NCBI GenBank assembly: GCA_010909165.1
Contig: MU008178.1
Span: forward strand, 508,369 to 572,368
Origin: Anthoceros angustus
Lineage: Eukaryota; Plantae; Anthocerotophyta
Length of the DNA stretch: 64,000 bases
Direction: 5' to 3'
A program made the position numbers and the translations under genes. Below are positions 60,047 to 64,000 of the stretch, one piece after another. Positions within the stretch are counted from its first letter, which is position 1. Each line of letters starts with the position of its first letter. The notes under the pieces were generated by a model. The model saw only the letters and a list, made by a program, of their open reading frames with translations, was not told the DNA's origin and searched no databases.

Positions 60047-61332
60047 TATTTGTGGTTGTCTTTTTGTATGTGCATCAGGGGAAGATGAAGCGTTGCCCGA
60101 GGGCTTCAAGTGACAACGCTGTGAGCTTGTGGCATCCAGTGAGATGAGCTATTATCTCGACAGAGCAGGTAAGTTGCCTCCTCCTCCAAAAAGCACGATT
60201 TTTCCGGGAAGGTTTTGAACGTATGATCGACGGCAAAGTTCTAGGTTAAGTTTAGGCTTCAGGCTTGACGTCAAGCAACTTAGGGCGACGTGAGTCCATG
60301 CATGTCTTCTTGCCAACTTGCTTCCTCCTGGTGAAGGAGCAACCTCGTTGAAACCTCGTTGGAAGGTAAGACCTTCAAAGAACTTAGCCTCCTGACTATC
60401 TCTGTTCTGGGGTTGCTTTGCGTTTGCACATGCAGCAGTGACCGTTATTCTAACTTTTAAGACCTTGTGCGCTGGATTGTAGCTTCAGTCATGTCTTCCT
60501 TCCGGTAGAACCTCAGAATGACAGGCTCTCCACGAGTCTGCATTTGTTTGATACGCTGTGTTGTTACATCTGGATTGCAAGTCTAGCGAAGGCCCTGATC
60601 AGAAAACTAGAGTGCTTCTGTACACCTCGGTATCGAGGTTCTCCTGGTTTGAAGTGGCTGTCCATTTTGTTGGTCGTGTCTAGGTTTTGAACATTTCCTT
60701 GGAGTGTTTTGCACTGAGTCTGGCAGGTTAGGCGTAAAGTACGAAACTTGTCCTGGTAGACCTCTGTACGTTGGTCGATAGGTCGATACCTCAAGGGTGT
60801 AAAAGCCGTTGGGTGGATGATCGACCCAGCATCCACCGTGGATGCTGTGGAGTTTAGGGTCGGTACGTAGTCTCGACAAGTTTCTCGGTTTTGAAAGGAA
60901 CGTAGGAGGTTGTGAAATTTGTATTCCGTCAGAATGGCATGTGGCTTGTGTGTGAAGCTGTGGGTTCTGTCGATTGGGATGACGGGATGACAGTATTACA
61001 GGATGATGGGAGTCGTGTCGCCTCTTAGCTCAGTATCCCGTGCGCTGAATCATTTCTCAACTACCTTATAAATTTACTAAATGGAGATCAGTGTCCCAAG
61101 AGCGTCCAATAATTCATTGACATGTGAGGTGGTTAGCGGTTGTCACCGGTGATGGTCGGTAGAGTTAGAATTGCACGTGTCATGCCGTGCCCCCTCTCGC
61201 GTCTGGCCAAGCAGTCTCTCTCCTACATTGACGGCGAGGATGTGTATGAACTTACTTTCTTGAGGGGGCGACATGAATGATATTGGCATAATTTTGAGTT
61301 TTAGTGTCGTGATGTCGATACATATGAGTCTT

Positions 61333-61575
61333 TGGCCAATGGCTGATACATAGGACTCTATGGCCAATGGCTGACACATAGAACTCTATGGCCAATGGCT
61401 GATACATAGGACTCTGTGGCCAATGGCTGACACATAGGACTCTGTGGCCAATGGCTGATACACAGGACTCTGTGGCCAATGGCTGGTACACAGGACTCTG
61501 TGGCCAATGGCTGATACACAGGACTCTGTGGTCAATGGCTGATACACAGGACTCTGTAGCCAATAGCTGATACAT
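61333..61575 (+). repeat. 28-bp minisatellite (TGGCCAATGGCTGATACACAGGACTCTG), about 9 copies
   Basis: Units start at 61333, 61361, 61389, 61417, 61445, 61473, 61501, 61529, 61557; no spacers. Confidence 0.95.
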
Positions 61576-64000
61576 GTGGGCAATGGTAACTCCATAGGGT
61601 CCTCGTAGGTACTCCTTAGGCTGTGATTCTCTATATATCCACGCGCTATGTGTTGATGAGAGACATAAATTATTAAACATGTTCGTGTAGTTCATCATCA
61701 ATTCACTATTTCTTCTAGATTGATAGTTTGTTACTTTAAGATAGTTAGTTGTTGTATTTAACCAGAAGCGGGAATGTGTAACAATCTTGGGACCTATGAC
61801 CCTTCAATGTTTTCACAGGTTAATTAAATTATCCCTAAGATGTGTTGAAGTAACATCCCTTTTTTACGAGGTGGGGTAAGCACGTAGTGAGAAGCAGGAA
61901 TACCACCAGCTACCAGTCCTCTTGTAGCCTCATCCTTCACTGAGTAGCAGGTAAAGAGTTAAAAGAGCAATACCACCAGACTTCAATATTTGCCCTCCAA
62001 GTAGCCCTGTCCTCTAATGGGATGCAAGCACAGAATTACAAGAGCAACACCTCTAGATATCAGCTCTAGCCTCCAATAGTCCCGCCCTTAAATGGGGTAA
62101 CCTCTAGCTAGCATGTACAACAAGGAGCCCCGTTTCAAAACTTGCACTCTTACTGAAAGTCAGCAAGAACACGAAAAGTTAAGAAGAACATTAAAAGCCA
62201 TGTTGATTAGAATACCAAAAGCCAATGAGAATCTGAAGTACAGACAGAGGTCTCTACCTTCGCCGAAGGTAGGCACATTGATCTCCGTCAGGTACTCTAA
62301 TCTCCGTTTTCCTCCTCACAACTTCACTTTAAGCACATTGGTATACTCGGTTCCCTCTTGGTTCCCAAGTCCTTGTATGCCCCCTTTAGGTTCCCAAATC
62401 CTACATGCTCCTTTTAGGTTCATGCTCCTTTTAGGTTCCCAAGTTATATTCTCGAAAGAGTATAGTCCAAGTGCTAGGATATTTTCTTTAGAGCTCATAA
62501 CATCTTTTATATAGGAAGGTTTACTTTATTTTAAGTAATTATTTAAATTAACATGTTTTTGTTAAACCTTAAGTTAAGTTTCACTACCTCTAACCACCTA
62601 ATTTCTAACTTAGACTTAGGGATGTATCTCTCTTATGGCTTTTTTATATATTTATTTATTTAATCTTATTTTTAAACATTATATATAATTTTGTCTCAAT
62701 TGGTAGTGTGCAGCACTAATTGGTTTTGAAAGTATTTTGTCAATGCCTTGCTATGATCACGTCATTAGTTCATGCTTTACTCTACCCAGATTTTGATAGA
62801 TTTTTTGAGTAAATTAAACCAACTAAGCTCACAATAGCTATTGTGTAGTGTTCTTGGGTTTACAATTGTTTCTGTTGAGACACAAGGATAAAACACATCT
62901 AGTATAAGATGTAGTGCCAATTTATCTTGGCCCATTTAGGCATCGACACAAAATACAATTCAGCAGCGAACAAGACTTTGCCCTCAACAATGCGGGCCTG
63001 AACAAATAAGGAGACCCCCAAGCCTTTTTGCCCATACTCTTCGAACAAAATAAGGAGAGTCCTAAGTTGTTTACCCACTAGATGCAAGAAAAGTATGAAT
63101 TACTTACACATTATGGTAGCCTTAGACTACATCTAAATTGTTATTAATTTATCATGGTGGCTTTACGTGCTTTCAACTCCAAAAATACCCAACTCACTCT
63201 AATTGAGCCTTTTGGCTCTTTTGTATGATTGTGCTTTATTTCTGTATACCATTTTTTTCAGGTTAAGGTACCTTATGCGGGAAAATGATGTATACACTTA
63301 TTGTATGATAATTTTTCATGTTAAGGTCTCCCTTTGTGGAAAAATAATTGAAAACGCTTGACCAATATATTTGGTTGAAAGCAGGAGAATCTTTAAATTA
63401 AACTCGAAAAACCTCTCAAAGAACAACGTCATTCTATGTGGATGTGTTGTTCGAATATGTGGAATCGAATTTGATCCATTGTGGGGTTAATTCATTGATT
63501 GAGAGATTGGGGGGTTGCTCGTAATTTAACATGTTATACATTACATAAGCCTACCTTGGTAATGGTGACTTCTCTTACCTCTGACTTCTCTTGTCAATTT
63601 GATATGCTTATGAACCGGGGTCATTTATCATGTATTGTCCACTCGTTTTGTTTTTCATAGTTCAATTGATTGTGAATTTAATTTAAAGTAGCTTCGTAAG
63701 GCTTTACAACAAATTGCCTTGATGGCTTTTTACAACACTCATAAGGCCGTACAGCAAGCAGCCTCGTAGGTTTTTTTACTGTAGGCGGCCCCGTGGGGCA
63801 TTGTACAAAAAGTGGCCCTACAGGGATTTTTACAAAAGATGGGCCTAGTAATCCCTCTACAATAGAGGATGGATAGTATCCCATCCCAGCAGTAATCTGT
63901 CTCAAGGGTACTTGATCGCGGAGTTCCAAGAGAAGAAGAAGAAGAAGAATGTGTAACTCTCCTAAGGACGGAATTCTGGCATGGTATTGATAAAAGACGG

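Noticed and set aside
61333-61575. Regular 28-bp repeats as a CRISPR array
   Set aside because: The units are contiguous with no unique spacers, there are no cas genes, and the context is eukaryotic.
60300-64000. Possible genes or a classifiable TE at the window end
   Set aside because: Only short ORFs without recognisable domains or termini; likely decayed repeat DNA but not assignable.

Overview
Eukaryotic nuclear DNA from a non-seed land plant. This is inferred from spliceosomal introns, a THI1 gene carrying a TPP riboswitch, a centriole-type CCDC15-like gene and a Cys-less germin; the species cannot be named from sequence alone. 1-14.4 kb is a transposon nest: a truncated minus-strand Ty1/Copia element with a decayed 252-codon extra ORF between PBS and gag, two copies of a non-autonomous inverted-repeat element associated with it, and a CRE/NeSL-type non-LTR fragment. 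14.7-21.9 kb is a microsatellite-rich spacer. 22-60 kb is a dense gene block: bHLH (group X), two-RRM protein, PRP6/STA1, germin-like protein, WI12-like, STI1-domain orphan, CCDC15-like, At1g05205-like, FHY/riboflavin kinase, GEX1, an ALG1 pseudogene, ClpF, PAXX-like, plastid RPL34, C2orf69-like, an internally inverted CRE-type retroelement, CCD7, and THI1 with a 3'-UTR TPP riboswitch. 60.3-64 kb is unresolved repeat-like DNA with a 28-bp minisatellite. Gene names come from recalled motif similarity, not database searches.
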